From the sequence record NC_054920.1: a stretch of 64,000 nucleotides of DNA; one strand, 5' to 3'. Numbering within the stretch: the stretch's first letter is position 1; each line of letters opens with the position of its first letter. The notes below the pieces were generated by a model. It saw nothing but the letters and a program-made list of their open reading frames with translations, was not told the origin of the DNA and searched no databases. The position numbers and the translations under genes are program-made. This stretch comes from Escherichia phage vB_EcoM_G9062. Positions 1 to 9,050 of this stretch are shown piece by piece.

Positions 1-2178
1 TTAGGCCGCAAGGGCCTTCATAGTTTTAGCGATTTGGGAAACTTCATCATCACTCAAAGAGTTACGATAACCGATGAAGTCGGAAACAATACGGAATTTC
101 TTGGTAAACTCAGCAACCATTTTATCACTATTTTTTGAAGCATTACGTGATAATTCATCAAAGAGATTAGTTACTGTCCAGATGTCATGACCGATGGTAT
201 CTTTTCCACCATTAAAATATACACCGCGCAATGAACTAACTATATTAGCGAGTCGTGTATATTCTTCAGAAACTTCATCTGTACTGAAGTACTTCATCAT
301 AAAATCTAGTTCAGGATACTTGATAATTTTATCAATATATCGTTGAGCTGAACTTGAATAACCTACGTACTTATCATAATCTACATCATCAAAAGCATCT
401 ACATATAAATCACGCAGAGTTTCAAAAATACATTGGCACTGACCGAGTTCTTTTACCTTTTTCTGCAAAAGCGGACGAATAACATAAAACTCATTAATGC
501 CAATAAGATTAGCCATACGAATCAAAATATTCATAGATGGATGACAAAGAGATGTAGTACCATCCATAGAGAAAATATCAGAACGATGCATATACGCTAC
601 ATACCCAGTAATTTCATCTGCTTCTGATGTGAGCGTAAATAATTCCTCTTTTTCCCAGCGCCCGTCTTTAATTTCAAACTTAAATGCTGTAGCAGCTTTA
701 GGACGAGGAGCTTTACTTTTAACTACCTTTGGAATATAGCTTTTAACTAAAGCTTCAATTTCTGACAAATAATGAATGTTAACTTCATCACTTTCAAACA
801 TCGCCATAATATCAGGAAGCAAATCAATCTGCGATTCTACTTCTGGATTAATAAACAGAAGGCGTTCGTTGTGATGAATATTCAAAGTGTTATTAAATTC
901 ACTATCATCTAACGCATGTGCTAATCCACGGACAATATTAACACGATTTTTAATATTATCAATAACGATATTAATTTTTGTTGTATTAATACCAAACAGA
1001 CGATAACTTGATGCAACGGCTGAAGTTTCATGACTTTGCTTAATGCGTTTCAGTCGAGGGTCAAGATTTACTTCATACACAACTCCCGCGTTGCATAACT
1101 TACTATCAGGTTCAAACATACTCTGCATCTTCTTATATGACAGATTTTTAGTCGTGAATTTGACTGAATTACTAATCATATAATCTCGAGCAGAATACCC
1201 CATCTTCATCAATTCACGATATGTGTGACGAGGAGATGTAGATTCTTTAAATCGTTTTACATCTTCATTAAATGCTTTCTCACTGAGTTCTTTAACTCGT
1301 TCAATAATATTTTTACGAGTGCGATCATCCAGTGAAAGAGCCTCGCGAGATGGAGCAATATCAAGTGAACCCATTGGAAACTTAATGTAATTCACTTCAT
1401 TGCGAATGCTTAGCCAGTTACGGTCTCTAATAACACCATCGATAGGATAAACAATACCGCCATAGATAGCATATAATCCACCACGATCTGGCCAGTATCT
1501 TTCTGGATTTACGCCATAATAATCATCAAAATCCGGAAAATAATCAATTTCGCGGTCAAGACCATTAATGATAGCCAAATCTTTGAACGGTCGCATGATA
1601 TAAGAAACTTCATAAGCAAAGTTTCTAAAGTCTTTTTCTTCAACTGGAACTACGATTTCAATACCAGTTTTATCATCTGGACCCATTTCTTTTACGAATG
1701 TAGGTTTAATCTGTGGGCCATCACCATCCATGTAAGCTACATAACCACGAATTTCACCTTTATGATACGAAGTAATACTAAACGTATCAGTATAACTAAA
1801 CGGAGATTTAGAACCTAAACCAAATCCGCCAATAAAGTCATTAGATTCAGCTTTAGATGAACTGAAGTATGAATTATACAACCCAGGAGAATTATCATCA
1901 CCTTGAATATCAAAATCACTCATACCCGGACCAAAATCTCGACAAACAAATCGTGGGTCTAAACGTCCAGGAACTTGTATGATAAATTTTTCAGGATTTC
2001 CATTGAGAGCATGGGCATCAATCATGTTGGTAATCAATTCACGGACTACTGCGCGAATTTTGTTTGTATACAAATCAGATGATAGAATTTTAAATACTTT
2101 AGGATTTGCTGCGATGCTAAATGCTTTTGATTTAGAACCATTACCAAGAATTGTTTCTTTTTCAGTGGTGATAATCAT
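1..2178 (-). CDS. rIIA: rIIA membrane-associated protein (725 aa)
   Basis: 725 aa as in T4 rIIA; N-terminal GHKL-type ATPase-like motifs; stop codon at positions 1-3 as at a T4-type genome origin. Confidence 0.9.
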   Translation of the reverse strand: MIITTEKETILGNGSKSKAFSIAANPKVFKILSSDLYTNKIRAVVRELITNMIDAHALNGNPEKFIIQVPGRLDPRFVCRDFGPGMSDFDIQGDDNSPGLYNSYFSSSKAESNDFIGGFGLGSKSPFSYTDTFSITSYHKGEIRGYVAYMDGDGPQIKPTFVKEMGPDDKTGIEIVVPVEEKDFRNFAYEVSYIMRPFKDLAIINGLDREIDYFPDFDDYYGVNPERYWPDRGGLYAIYGGIVYPIDGVIRDRNWLSIRNEVNYIKFPMGSLDIAPSREALSLDDRTRKNIIERVKELSEKAFNEDVKRFKESTSPRHTYRELMKMGYSARDYMISNSVKFTTKNLSYKKMQSMFEPDSKLCNAGVVYEVNLDPRLKRIKQSHETSAVASSYRLFGINTTKINIVIDNIKNRVNIVRGLAHALDDSEFNNTLNIHHNERLLFINPEVESQIDLLPDIMAMFESDEVNIHYLSEIEALVKSYIPKVVKSKAPRPKAATAFKFEIKDGRWEKEELFTLTSEADEITGYVAYMHRSDIFSMDGTTSLCHPSMNILIRMANLIGINEFYVIRPLLQKKVKELGQCQCIFETLRDLYVDAFDDVDYDKYVGYSSSAQRYIDKIIKYPELDFMMKYFSTDEVSEEYTRLANIVSSLRGVYFNGGKDTIGHDIWTVTNLFDELSRNASKNSDKMVAEFTKKFRIVSDFIGYRNSLSDDEVSQIAKTMKALAA

Positions 2179-2188
2179 AATTTCCTCA

Positions 2189-2392
2189 TTAATTCATATT
2201 GCGTTTAATAACTTCAGCAACTTCTAGTAGTTCATCTTTAGTTGCGGTGTCGGATTGAATTTTATCTCTAATATCTTTAAAGCGGTTTTTAAATTCTTCG
2301 GCTTCTCCCATATCGAAAAAGCGTTGAATGATTCTATATTCTCGATGAACTGCTTTATCAAAAAGTTCTAAATTTACTTTATATGATTTCAT
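2189..2392 (-). CDS. small hypothetical protein (67 aa), rIIA.1 position
   Basis: minus-strand ORF between topoisomerase gene and rIIA, directly downstream of an early promoter. Confidence 0.6.
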   Translation of the reverse strand: MKSYKVNLELFDKAVHREYRIIQRFFDMGEAEEFKNRFKDIRDKIQSDTATKDELLEVAEVIKRNMN

Positions 2393-2416
2393 TTCAATAT
2401 CCTCATTTGCCCAATT

Positions 2417-2447
2417 AATTATACCACATCCTTGTGGTAAAGTAAAC
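2417..2447 (-). promoter_or_regulatory. T4-type early promoter
   Basis: minus-strand GTTTAC (2447-2442), 18 nt spacer, TATAAT-like (2423-2418). Confidence 0.5.
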
Positions 2448-4267
2448 TACTGGCTCATCCATTCTTTACGAAGGTCAGCATTATCTCCCATGAGCATTTC
2501 AAAAAGCTCTTTCCAGTTCTCAGGAAGTTTAACAACATCATATACTGGGTTTTGAATCATCTCACGATATTCAGATTTTTCCAAAGAGCCAAGTCCTTTA
2601 ATATAACGGATGCTATGTTTAGGTAGAGCATCTTTGGCACTCTCATATTCAGCGACTGTATAAAACCATTCTTGTTTTTTACCAATCTGAGCGATGATTA
2701 CAGGAGTTTTGACAAAACGAATTCGTCCTTGCTCAAACAATTCTGGCCAATTACTAAAAAATCCAAGCAGAGAAGGATAAATGCTTCCTAGACCATCATG
2801 GTCAGCATCAGTCATAATAGCAATATTATGATAATTCAAGTTTTCAGCTTTTTCACCGAGAACTAATCCAGTGATTGCGCAAATATCAAATAGTTCTTTG
2901 TTTTTAAGCATATCTGCATAAGACATACCCCAACTGTTGAGAACTTTACCGCGCAATGGATAACCACCGTGAAGTTCTTTATCACGAACATCAATAAGAT
3001 ATCCGATAGCCGAATCACCCTCAGTCAAGAAAAGAGTAGTGTCAGCATCTTTACCACAAAGATTCGCTTTGATATGTTTATGAACCTTAGCTTTAGAAGC
3101 CTTTTTAGCTGCTTTAGTTTCTGCTGCTTTTTCTGCCGCCAATTTACGAGCCAAAGCAGCTTCAATAATCGGCATTAGAATTGCTTCATTATTTAGAATA
3201 GCACGTGAAATCTTTTTAGCATCAAGCTGAATATGACTACGAATTTCGCCAAATGGAGAAGTCAAACGCTCTTTAGTTTGAGAATCAAATCGCATGTTTT
3301 TCATATCACGAACAAACATAACGATAGTCAAACATTCTTTAACACGCGCTTTAGTTACATCAATTTTGAACTTACGTTTGATTTGTGGAATAAGGTCTTC
3401 ACAAATATCATCCATAACACAGTCAATGTGATGGCCACCATTCTTAGTGTGAATGTTATTGACGTATGTTAATTGACGAAAACCATCCGGTGAACGACCA
3501 ACCGCAATAGAACAATTTTCTTGTTCTTGAACAATAGCATGCTCATCATATTGGCGTGCATATTTCTTAAAATTGCCCTGAACCTTTTTACCATTAAAGG
3601 TAAATTGAATATCAGGATAAACAACAGCAAGTGTCTGGAGACGATCTAATGTAATGTCAAGATAAACTTGAGATAATTCATTAGTTTCAAATGACATAAA
3701 ATCTGGAATGAAAGTAACACGAGTTCCTTTCCATTTTCCAGGAATAGTTTCCCATGATTTATTTTCCATGCCATTTGAACAACGAACTACAATATTATTT
3801 TGACCATCGCCAGTTTCACCGACAAACATCACAGAAAAAATGTTAGTTAAACTAGAACCAACACCATTCATACCACCGGTGACGCGTTCTTTATCATCAC
3901 CAAAGTTACCACCTGCTTTTGGAATAGTCCACGCAGCAACTGGACCAGGAATTTCTTCACCGGTAGGTGTTTTGACCATCGCTTGTGGAATACCACGACC
4001 GTTATCTTCAACTGTTACTTGATTGTTTTTAATAGTAACATTAATTTTATTTGCGAATTTAAACTTAGTACGAATACCTTCATCTACTGAGTTATCGATA
4101 ATTTCATCAATAAGCTTAACAAGACCAGGTACATACTGAACACTTTCCCATTTACCAAACAGAAAGCGCTCATGCATTTCATTAGCGGAAGAGCCAATGT
4201 ACATGCCGCTACGCTTTTTGATATGTTCAATATCGCTCAGAATTTTAATTTCATTCTTAATCATCAC
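2447..4267 (-). CDS. 39: DNA topoisomerase II large subunit, contiguous GyrB-like ATPase (606 aa)
   Basis: N-terminal GHKL ATPase motifs (GMYIGS, DNGRGIP), GyrB-like C-terminal half; single uninterrupted ORF. Confidence 0.9.
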   Translation of the reverse strand: MMIKNEIKILSDIEHIKKRSGMYIGSSANEMHERFLFGKWESVQYVPGLVKLIDEIIDNSVDEGIRTKFKFANKINVTIKNNQVTVEDNGRGIPQAMVKTPTGEEIPGPVAAWTIPKAGGNFGDDKERVTGGMNGVGSSLTNIFSVMFVGETGDGQNNIVVRCSNGMENKSWETIPGKWKGTRVTFIPDFMSFETNELSQVYLDITLDRLQTLAVVYPDIQFTFNGKKVQGNFKKYARQYDEHAIVQEQENCSIAVGRSPDGFRQLTYVNNIHTKNGGHHIDCVMDDICEDLIPQIKRKFKIDVTKARVKECLTIVMFVRDMKNMRFDSQTKERLTSPFGEIRSHIQLDAKKISRAILNNEAILMPIIEAALARKLAAEKAAETKAAKKASKAKVHKHIKANLCGKDADTTLFLTEGDSAIGYLIDVRDKELHGGYPLRGKVLNSWGMSYADMLKNKELFDICAITGLVLGEKAENLNYHNIAIMTDADHDGLGSIYPSLLGFFSNWPELFEQGRIRFVKTPVIIAQIGKKQEWFYTVAEYESAKDALPKHSIRYIKGLGSLEKSEYREMIQNPVYDVVKLPENWKELFEMLMGDNADLRKEWMSQ

Positions 4268-4316
4268 TTATCCTCGTTTGGTTTCGGGAATATTATACTC
4301 CGGTAATCATAAAGCT

Positions 4317-4334
4317 AAAGGCCCGAAGGCCTTT
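4317..4334 (-). terminator. intercistronic hairpin, C(UUCG)G loop on mRNA
   Basis: plus aaaggcccgaaggccttt; perfect stem with cgaa/uucg loop. Confidence 0.4.
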
Positions 4335-4603
4335 TATTTAAAACGAATAGTCGAATCCTTGAAGAATAGTCCAGAACATACTGTTCCTTCTACTTTCTGC
4401 CCAGTAGGTCCAATAGCACGAAATCCAGTATGTTGGAAATCATTTTCAGAACAACCGAACCAGTTATATCCAGTGATTTCAATATTAGTAAAACCGCTTG
4501 AAGACAAAACTTTGGTTGCATTATCAGCATCAGTACATCCTACTAAAGACACTGCTAATACTAATGCCGCGATAGAACGATTAATATATTTCATAATTTT
4601 CAC
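4334..4603 (-). CDS. small lipoprotein (89 aa)
   Basis: signal peptide with lipobox LVGC. Confidence 0.6.
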   Translation of the reverse strand: MKIMKYINRSIAALVLAVSLVGCTDADNATKVLSSSGFTNIEITGYNWFGCSENDFQHTGFRAIGPTGQKVEGTVCSGLFFKDSTIRFK

Positions 4604-4971
4604 TTAAATTTAATGGCTTGAAGAAGACTAATAATTCTCAAGCGACTTCCTTCATCTTTAACTGTAAAAGAAAGAGGGTCACCAGATTTCATAGTGATAG
4701 TGCATTCAAAAGCAAAACCTTCGGGAACTTCTTCGAAGAAGTCAAATTCTTCATCATAAATTAGAACATTACTCTGAAAACTGTGAAGAATTTTTCCGTC
4801 ATTTCCAGATGCTGTACTAATCATTGTAACATTATTACCTTTCATATCTTCAACGATAAATTCGCTTGTAGATATTACAGCATTAATAGAACCATTCCTA
4901 TAAATAGCAGAAAATAGATATTTCTTTTCTTCACCTTCGCGAATGCGATATTTCTTACCGATTTTAAACAT
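4600..4971 (-). CDS. hypothetical protein (123 aa)
   Basis: minus-strand ORF with overlapping stop/start to neighbours. Confidence 0.5.
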   Translation of the reverse strand: MFKIGKKYRIREGEEKKYLFSAIYRNGSINAVISTSEFIVEDMKGNNVTMISTASGNDGKILHSFQSNVLIYDEEFDFFEEVPEGFAFECTITMKSGDPLSFTVKDEGSRLRIISLLQAIKFK

Positions 4972-4973
4972 AA

Positions 4974-5150
4974 TTACCCTTTAAGTAAGTCGTAAAATCC
5001 GCCATTCACATGCTTAGGGGCAGAGACTAACCGAATAGCAATCCGATGACAATCAGGACATACATCAGTATCTCTTTCAGAAATTTTCTTGATTTTTTCG
5101 TATTCTTTTGCGCAGTCTTTTGATTGACATTTATAATCATAAAGCGGCAT
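4974..5150 (-). CDS. zinc-ribbon small protein (58 aa), not in ORF track
   Basis: my translation MPLYDYKCQSKDCAKEYEKIKKISERDTDVCPDCHRIAIRL..., CxxC...CxxC pattern, fills gap between 4971 and 5153. Confidence 0.45.
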   Translation of the reverse strand: MPLYDYKCQSKDCAKEYEKIKKISERDTDVCPDCHRIAIRLVSAPKHVNGGFYDLLKG

Positions 5151-5152
5151 AA

Positions 5153-5566
5153 TTATTCCTTAAAGTGAGCTTTCAACATCTGATACAAGGACCATGCCTG
5201 TTCATCATTTTCAATAGTAACTTTCATTACAGGGAATTTAGATTGATCAGTTATCGGTGCAGATTCTTCCTGCTCTTCAGCTGCCTGGTATGGATTTTCA
5301 ACTTCATTAAAGAATTCAGCTTCATTCGATGAAAGCCAAATAAAATCTTCATCCAAAATATCTTTACCAGAAGATAGTACTAAATTTCCAGCAAATGACA
5401 TAATTTTAATAGGACGCCCAAGAGCATCCACATCTAAAATTTTAAAAGGATGCATACCTAAACGGCGTGCATAGATTCCGTTATCAGTATGGTCTTTAAT
5501 AAAATTTTCTTGAGCTTGTTTATTTTTAAATTGATACCATTTATTAACTTCAAATTTAATAGCCAT
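5153..5566 (-). CDS. hypothetical protein (137 aa)
   Basis: minus-strand ORF, acidic C-terminal half. Confidence 0.5.
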   Translation of the reverse strand: MAIKFEVNKWYQFKNKQAQENFIKDHTDNGIYARRLGMHPFKILDVDALGRPIKIMSFAGNLVLSSGKDILDEDFIWLSSNEAEFFNEVENPYQAAEEQEESAPITDQSKFPVMKVTIENDEQAWSLYQMLKAHFKE

Positions 5567-5781
5567 TAATAAATTTCCTTCCAGTAAGTTGTACCATCTT
5601 CAGTGATTTCACGAAATACACCGTAAATTGGTTGTTTATCCCCAACCTTTTCATACACATAAACCGAAGTCAAGTGAGTAAACTTAGCAGTGTGTTCCTT
5701 TTGAACTACTACCAAATCTGGATCGAATAACACATCTTCAAATTCGTCATTAGTGCAGTTCTGAACAATTTTACGTTTCAT
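5566..5781 (-). CDS. hypothetical protein (71 aa)
   Basis: minus-strand ORF, start overlaps stop of upstream gene. Confidence 0.5.
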   Translation of the reverse strand: MKRKIVQNCTNDEFEDVLFDPDLVVVQKEHTAKFTHLTSVYVYEKVGDKQPIYGVFREITEDGTTYWKEIY

Positions 5782-5880
5782 TACAATTTCCTCGTTAATT
5801 GAACATTGGAGCGATGCGTTTCAGAAGAGTAGCAGCACCTTTGGCAAATTTTCCATTTTATTCTCCAAATTATTTTCTAT

Positions 5881-5923
5881 ATCAGTAGTTGATATTGATA
5901 TAGTACCATAATCAACTACTGAT
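5881..5923. repeat. perfect 13-bp inverted repeat with 17-nt spacer
   Basis: atcagtagttgat (5881-5893) and its reverse complement atcaactactgat (5911-5923). Confidence 0.7.
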
Positions 5924-5953
5924 GTATATAGTTTTATGAAAAAATTTTAAACT

Positions 5954-6445
5954 TTATGCATAACGAGCTTTGCTGTAGTGTTTAATCCAACTTTCAGGAA
6001 TGACTTTGTATGTTCCTAAAAATACCGCGTTGTATAACTTAACGCCATCTTCTACCCATTGATCAGTAATGTATGCACACATAGCGCGAGTACGCCGAGG
6101 AAGTGGTTGTCCACCTTCGATAAATTCAAACTCATAAGGAGCAATGAACTTAATAGCTTGACCGAGTTTCCACTTAAAGTCTACACCTACATGCGAAGTA
6201 TCAATCGTTTCAATTCCTTTAGCGGGAACAGCTTTCAAAAACGCAGATTCAAGAAATTTCGCGCGAACATAACCAAACTGAGGTTTAGACTTTCCATCTT
6301 TAGGAATGATACGCACTTTTACTTCAGAATCTTCATCTTTAACGCCGTGTTTAAGCTGAATGCTTACAATTTCGACCAATTTTCCTGCTGCTTTAGAACG
6401 GGATTTATCAGATACACGAGCAATTTCACCAATATTAATAATCAT
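5954..6445 (-). CDS. motB: MotB-like protein (163 aa)
   Basis: length and position match T4 motB as I recall it; shares C-terminal motif with the next ORF. Confidence 0.45.
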   Translation of the reverse strand: MIINIGEIARVSDKSRSKAAGKLVEIVSIQLKHGVKDEDSEVKVRIIPKDGKSKPQFGYVRAKFLESAFLKAVPAKGIETIDTSHVGVDFKWKLGQAIKFIAPYEFEFIEGGQPLPRRTRAMCAYITDQWVEDGVKLYNAVFLGTYKVIPESWIKHYSKARYA

Positions 6446-6490
6446 AGTTATCTCTCACTTGTTAAAAAGATTTTATACTCCACAGGACCA

Positions 6491-6519
6491 TTATACTCTG
6501 GTCCCAAGAGTTTGTAAAC
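6491..6519 (-). promoter_or_regulatory. T4-type early promoter
   Basis: minus-strand GTTTAC (6519-6514), 17 nt spacer, GTATAA. Confidence 0.5.
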
Positions 6520-6521
6520 TA

Positions 6522-7067
6522 TTAATTCAAAATAGCTACCACCGCACTACGAGGTACTACACTAAAATCTCCTGCATGGACAACGTTCAGAAGCTCAACA
6601 CCATCTTCAATCCACTGGTCTGTTACCCAACCACAGATAGGATTATCAAAAGGACGACGGATAGACACAGCAGCACACAATAGGTCTGTAGGGTCTTGTT
6701 CCTCAACTTCTTGGAACAGGATGAACTCATCTTCATAAACCAGGTTTTTCTTTATTTTGTTATTATCTAACCGGCGACCGTGGATGACGTAAGATTTGTC
6801 AAACCACTCACTTTTGGCAAATTCTTCAACAATAAATTCGCCTTCGCCAAAAACATCAGTCAGAGTTTTATGACCAGAAATCAAGGCATTAGTTTTAATT
6901 TTAGGTTCAACCAGTTTGTAGGTTTTGCCGATTTCAATAGCGGTAGTCATAGTAGGTTCCTTAATTTCCAGTGGTTTAACAGGGCATACATAAGTGCTTA
7001 CAACATCAAAATCAATCAGTTTAGCTACCGGATTTGGTATGTATTCAGGATTATAATTAAATTTCAT
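6522..7067 (-). CDS. hypothetical protein (181 aa), paralog of MotB-like ORF
   Basis: shared motif VTDQWIEDGVEL vs ITDQWVEDGVKL. Confidence 0.55.
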   Translation of the reverse strand: MKFNYNPEYIPNPVAKLIDFDVVSTYVCPVKPLEIKEPTMTTAIEIGKTYKLVEPKIKTNALISGHKTLTDVFGEGEFIVEEFAKSEWFDKSYVIHGRRLDNNKIKKNLVYEDEFILFQEVEEQDPTDLLCAAVSIRRPFDNPICGWVTDQWIEDGVELLNVVHAGDFSVVPRSAVVAILN

Positions 7068-7069
7068 AA

Positions 7070-7609
7070 TTATCTCATTTCAATAAAATCTACGAGTTCA
7101 GCATGCGATTTGCGGAACATTACTTGGTGCCCACCAATGATAACTTCATCTTCAGGAACTTCGTATACAGCGAGATAAAATCCTTTAGAAGATAATTCTT
7201 CCCGCTCTTCTCGTGTGAACCATCTCATCATATCATACTCACTAGCGAAAGCAAAATGATAAAGAGCTATAAACCATCCTGGAATATGATATTCTACTCC
7301 AACATAATCTTTCTTGAACTTAGTATTAATTACTATATTAGCGTTTTTAACTAATAGTTTATCTTCGTGTGGTAAAGGAATTCTTTTATTATTATCGCTA
7401 TGATGCATAAAATTAGGTCTGTCATAACCTACGTGTAATAGCCACTCTTCGCTCCATGGATCTATTATACTCCTGTACGGCGTTATTTGAACACAAAGAT
7501 TTCGACGTATTGTTATAGCATCTTCATAATCAAGAATACTAAACGATGATTCAACACGATAAATTTTCATTTTATTATCCTCAGTAGCTATGGTGTTATA
7601 ATACCACAA
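7070..7609 (-). CDS. hypothetical protein (179 aa)
   Basis: minus-strand ORF directly downstream of an early promoter. Confidence 0.5.
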   Translation of the reverse strand: MWYYNTIATEDNKMKIYRVESSFSILDYEDAITIRRNLCVQITPYRSIIDPWSEEWLLHVGYDRPNFMHHSDNNKRIPLPHEDKLLVKNANIVINTKFKKDYVGVEYHIPGWFIALYHFAFASEYDMMRWFTREEREELSSKGFYLAVYEVPEDEVIIGGHQVMFRKSHAELVDFIEMR

Positions 7610-7627
7610 CTAACCGAGGAAGTAAAC
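7597..7627 (-). promoter_or_regulatory. T4-type early promoter
   Basis: minus-strand GTTTAC (7627-7622), 18 nt spacer, TATTAT. Confidence 0.5.
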
Positions 7628-7633
7628 AACTTT

Positions 7634-8317
7634 TTATCGTTTTGTTGGAAGAGATAGAGGATCGCAATCTTCCTCTGATGGAACATCTTCAAGACCCATA
7701 GCATATCGCAAAGCGTACTTCATCATCAGGATGTCTTTCGCACAGTCATGAATAGAATCATGCGCAACGAATCCATCTAAAGTTCCTTTTGGAAGAGGAC
7801 ACGTGGTCATATCACGAACAAGCAGAAGTGCTTCAATTCTGGTACGAATATCACGCTGATTCCAGAATTTACATGGTTCTAACTTAAATGTGTCAAGTTC
7901 ATTCTCAGAAACACCATTAAGACGTTGAATATCACGAATGAGATCGACTAAAATTGGAAAATCAAACGACATTCCACGGCACCAGCCTTGAGATTTCCAA
8001 GGATCGATATTATGTGCATTGATGTAATCATTAAATTTCGCAATACCGTCGATAGTGCTTACATCTTCATCGGACGGTGCAATATTTTTTCGAGCTTCAG
8101 GAGACTGATTTTTCCACCATTCGATAGTGCTTTTAGTAAAAAGACGATGTCCTTTTTGGCTTTTTAAATCAAATTTGATTTTAATGCCGCGTGAAACTAA
8201 TTCATCAAATGTTTCAACTACTTCTGGGTTAGGGTCAAAAGCAATTACAGCTAAATCAATAACAGCTGCTTTTTCACCACTTCCCATTGTTTCAAAATCT
8301 ATAATAAAATCAAACAT
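7634..8317 (-). CDS. dexA: exonuclease A, DnaQ-like 3'-5' exonuclease (227 aa)
   Basis: 227 aa as T4 DexA; N-terminal FDFETMG exonuclease motif. Confidence 0.85.
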   Translation of the reverse strand: MFDFIIDFETMGSGEKAAVIDLAVIAFDPNPEVVETFDELVSRGIKIKFDLKSQKGHRLFTKSTIEWWKNQSPEARKNIAPSDEDVSTIDGIAKFNDYINAHNIDPWKSQGWCRGMSFDFPILVDLIRDIQRLNGVSENELDTFKLEPCKFWNQRDIRTRIEALLLVRDMTTCPLPKGTLDGFVAHDSIHDCAKDILMMKYALRYAMGLEDVPSEEDCDPLSLPTKR

Positions 8318-8592
8318 TAAATTTTCCTCGCTAAATCGCGAATTTGGCCTACAGTATAGTCTTGAATATAAACTTTATTAATAGGTTCATCAATAAATTT
8401 TGCCATAGATTCAATATCTTTTTGCATCTCTTCAAGACTGTATATTATCTTTAAAGCTTTTTCGCGAATAGTAATATTTTCAGGACCAGAATTTTTCTCA
8501 ATGACAGCTTTAACATTTGTCATAAGAGATTTAAACTGACACCAACTTAATTCAATCATTAATAATCGCCTTATAAAGATAGCTAATTTCAC
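8317..8592 (-). CDS. hypothetical protein (91 aa)
   Basis: minus-strand ORF between dexA and dda. Confidence 0.45.
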   Translation of the reverse strand: MKLAIFIRRLLMIELSWCQFKSLMTNVKAVIEKNSGPENITIREKALKIIYSLEEMQKDIESMAKFIDEPINKVYIQDYTVGQIRDLARKI

Positions 8593-8812
8593 CTAAAACA
8601 TAATCACTGATTGTGACAGTTTTCACTTCACCACAAAAGAATTCTAACGCAATTAAATCTCGTTCAATTTCTTCTAATTGAAGCATCAACTTACTAGATT
8701 CAATTTTTACAGTTTCACGATTTTTACTATAAGCTATTTCATAAATTTCGCTCACTTTATCTTGAAGCAGATAAAACTGGTCTTTAGTTATTTCCACGAA
8801 TAGCTTCCTCAA
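8552..8812 (-). CDS. hypothetical protein (86 aa)
   Basis: minus-strand ORF between dexA and dda. Confidence 0.45.
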   Translation of the reverse strand: MRKLFVEITKDQFYLLQDKVSEIYEIAYSKNRETVKIESSKLMLQLEEIERDLIALEFFCGEVKTVTISDYVLGEISYLYKAIIND

Positions 8813-9044
8813 ATTTAATTAGTAATTTACAGACACTTTCATCTAGTGTAATTACCGTATCTGTATTACTGTGATATGATTGTTTTTCAATTCGTTTAAT
8901 TGCTAATATAGTATCACTTATAAGATAAAGCTTATGAAGGAGCTCAGCTCCTGTTACCATAACATCGAGATTATCTTGCTTATTAGTATGCTTCCTTATA
9001 CCATCTATTAGACGATTTAAATATTTTGAATTGATGTTAATCAT
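8784..9044 (-). CDS. hypothetical protein (86 aa)
   Basis: minus-strand ORF between dexA and dda. Confidence 0.45.
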   Translation of the reverse strand: MININSKYLNRLIDGIRKHTNKQDNLDVMVTGAELLHKLYLISDTILAIKRIEKQSYHSNTDTVITLDESVCKLLIKFEEAIRGNN

Positions 9045-9050
9045 ATATCC

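Noticed and set aside
433-627. Plus-strand ORFs of 60 to 140 aa lying inside minus-strand genes (for example 433-627, 1979-2227, 4197-4607, 6059-6517, 31318-31734, 45350-45763)
   Set aside because: They are antisense to well-supported genes, lack SD sequences, and are the kind of shadow ORF expected in AT-rich DNA.
2447-4267. Search for a gene 60-type translational bypass or an inserted mob gene in the topoisomerase gene
   Set aside because: The ORF is uninterrupted through the region, so no bypass element is needed or visible.
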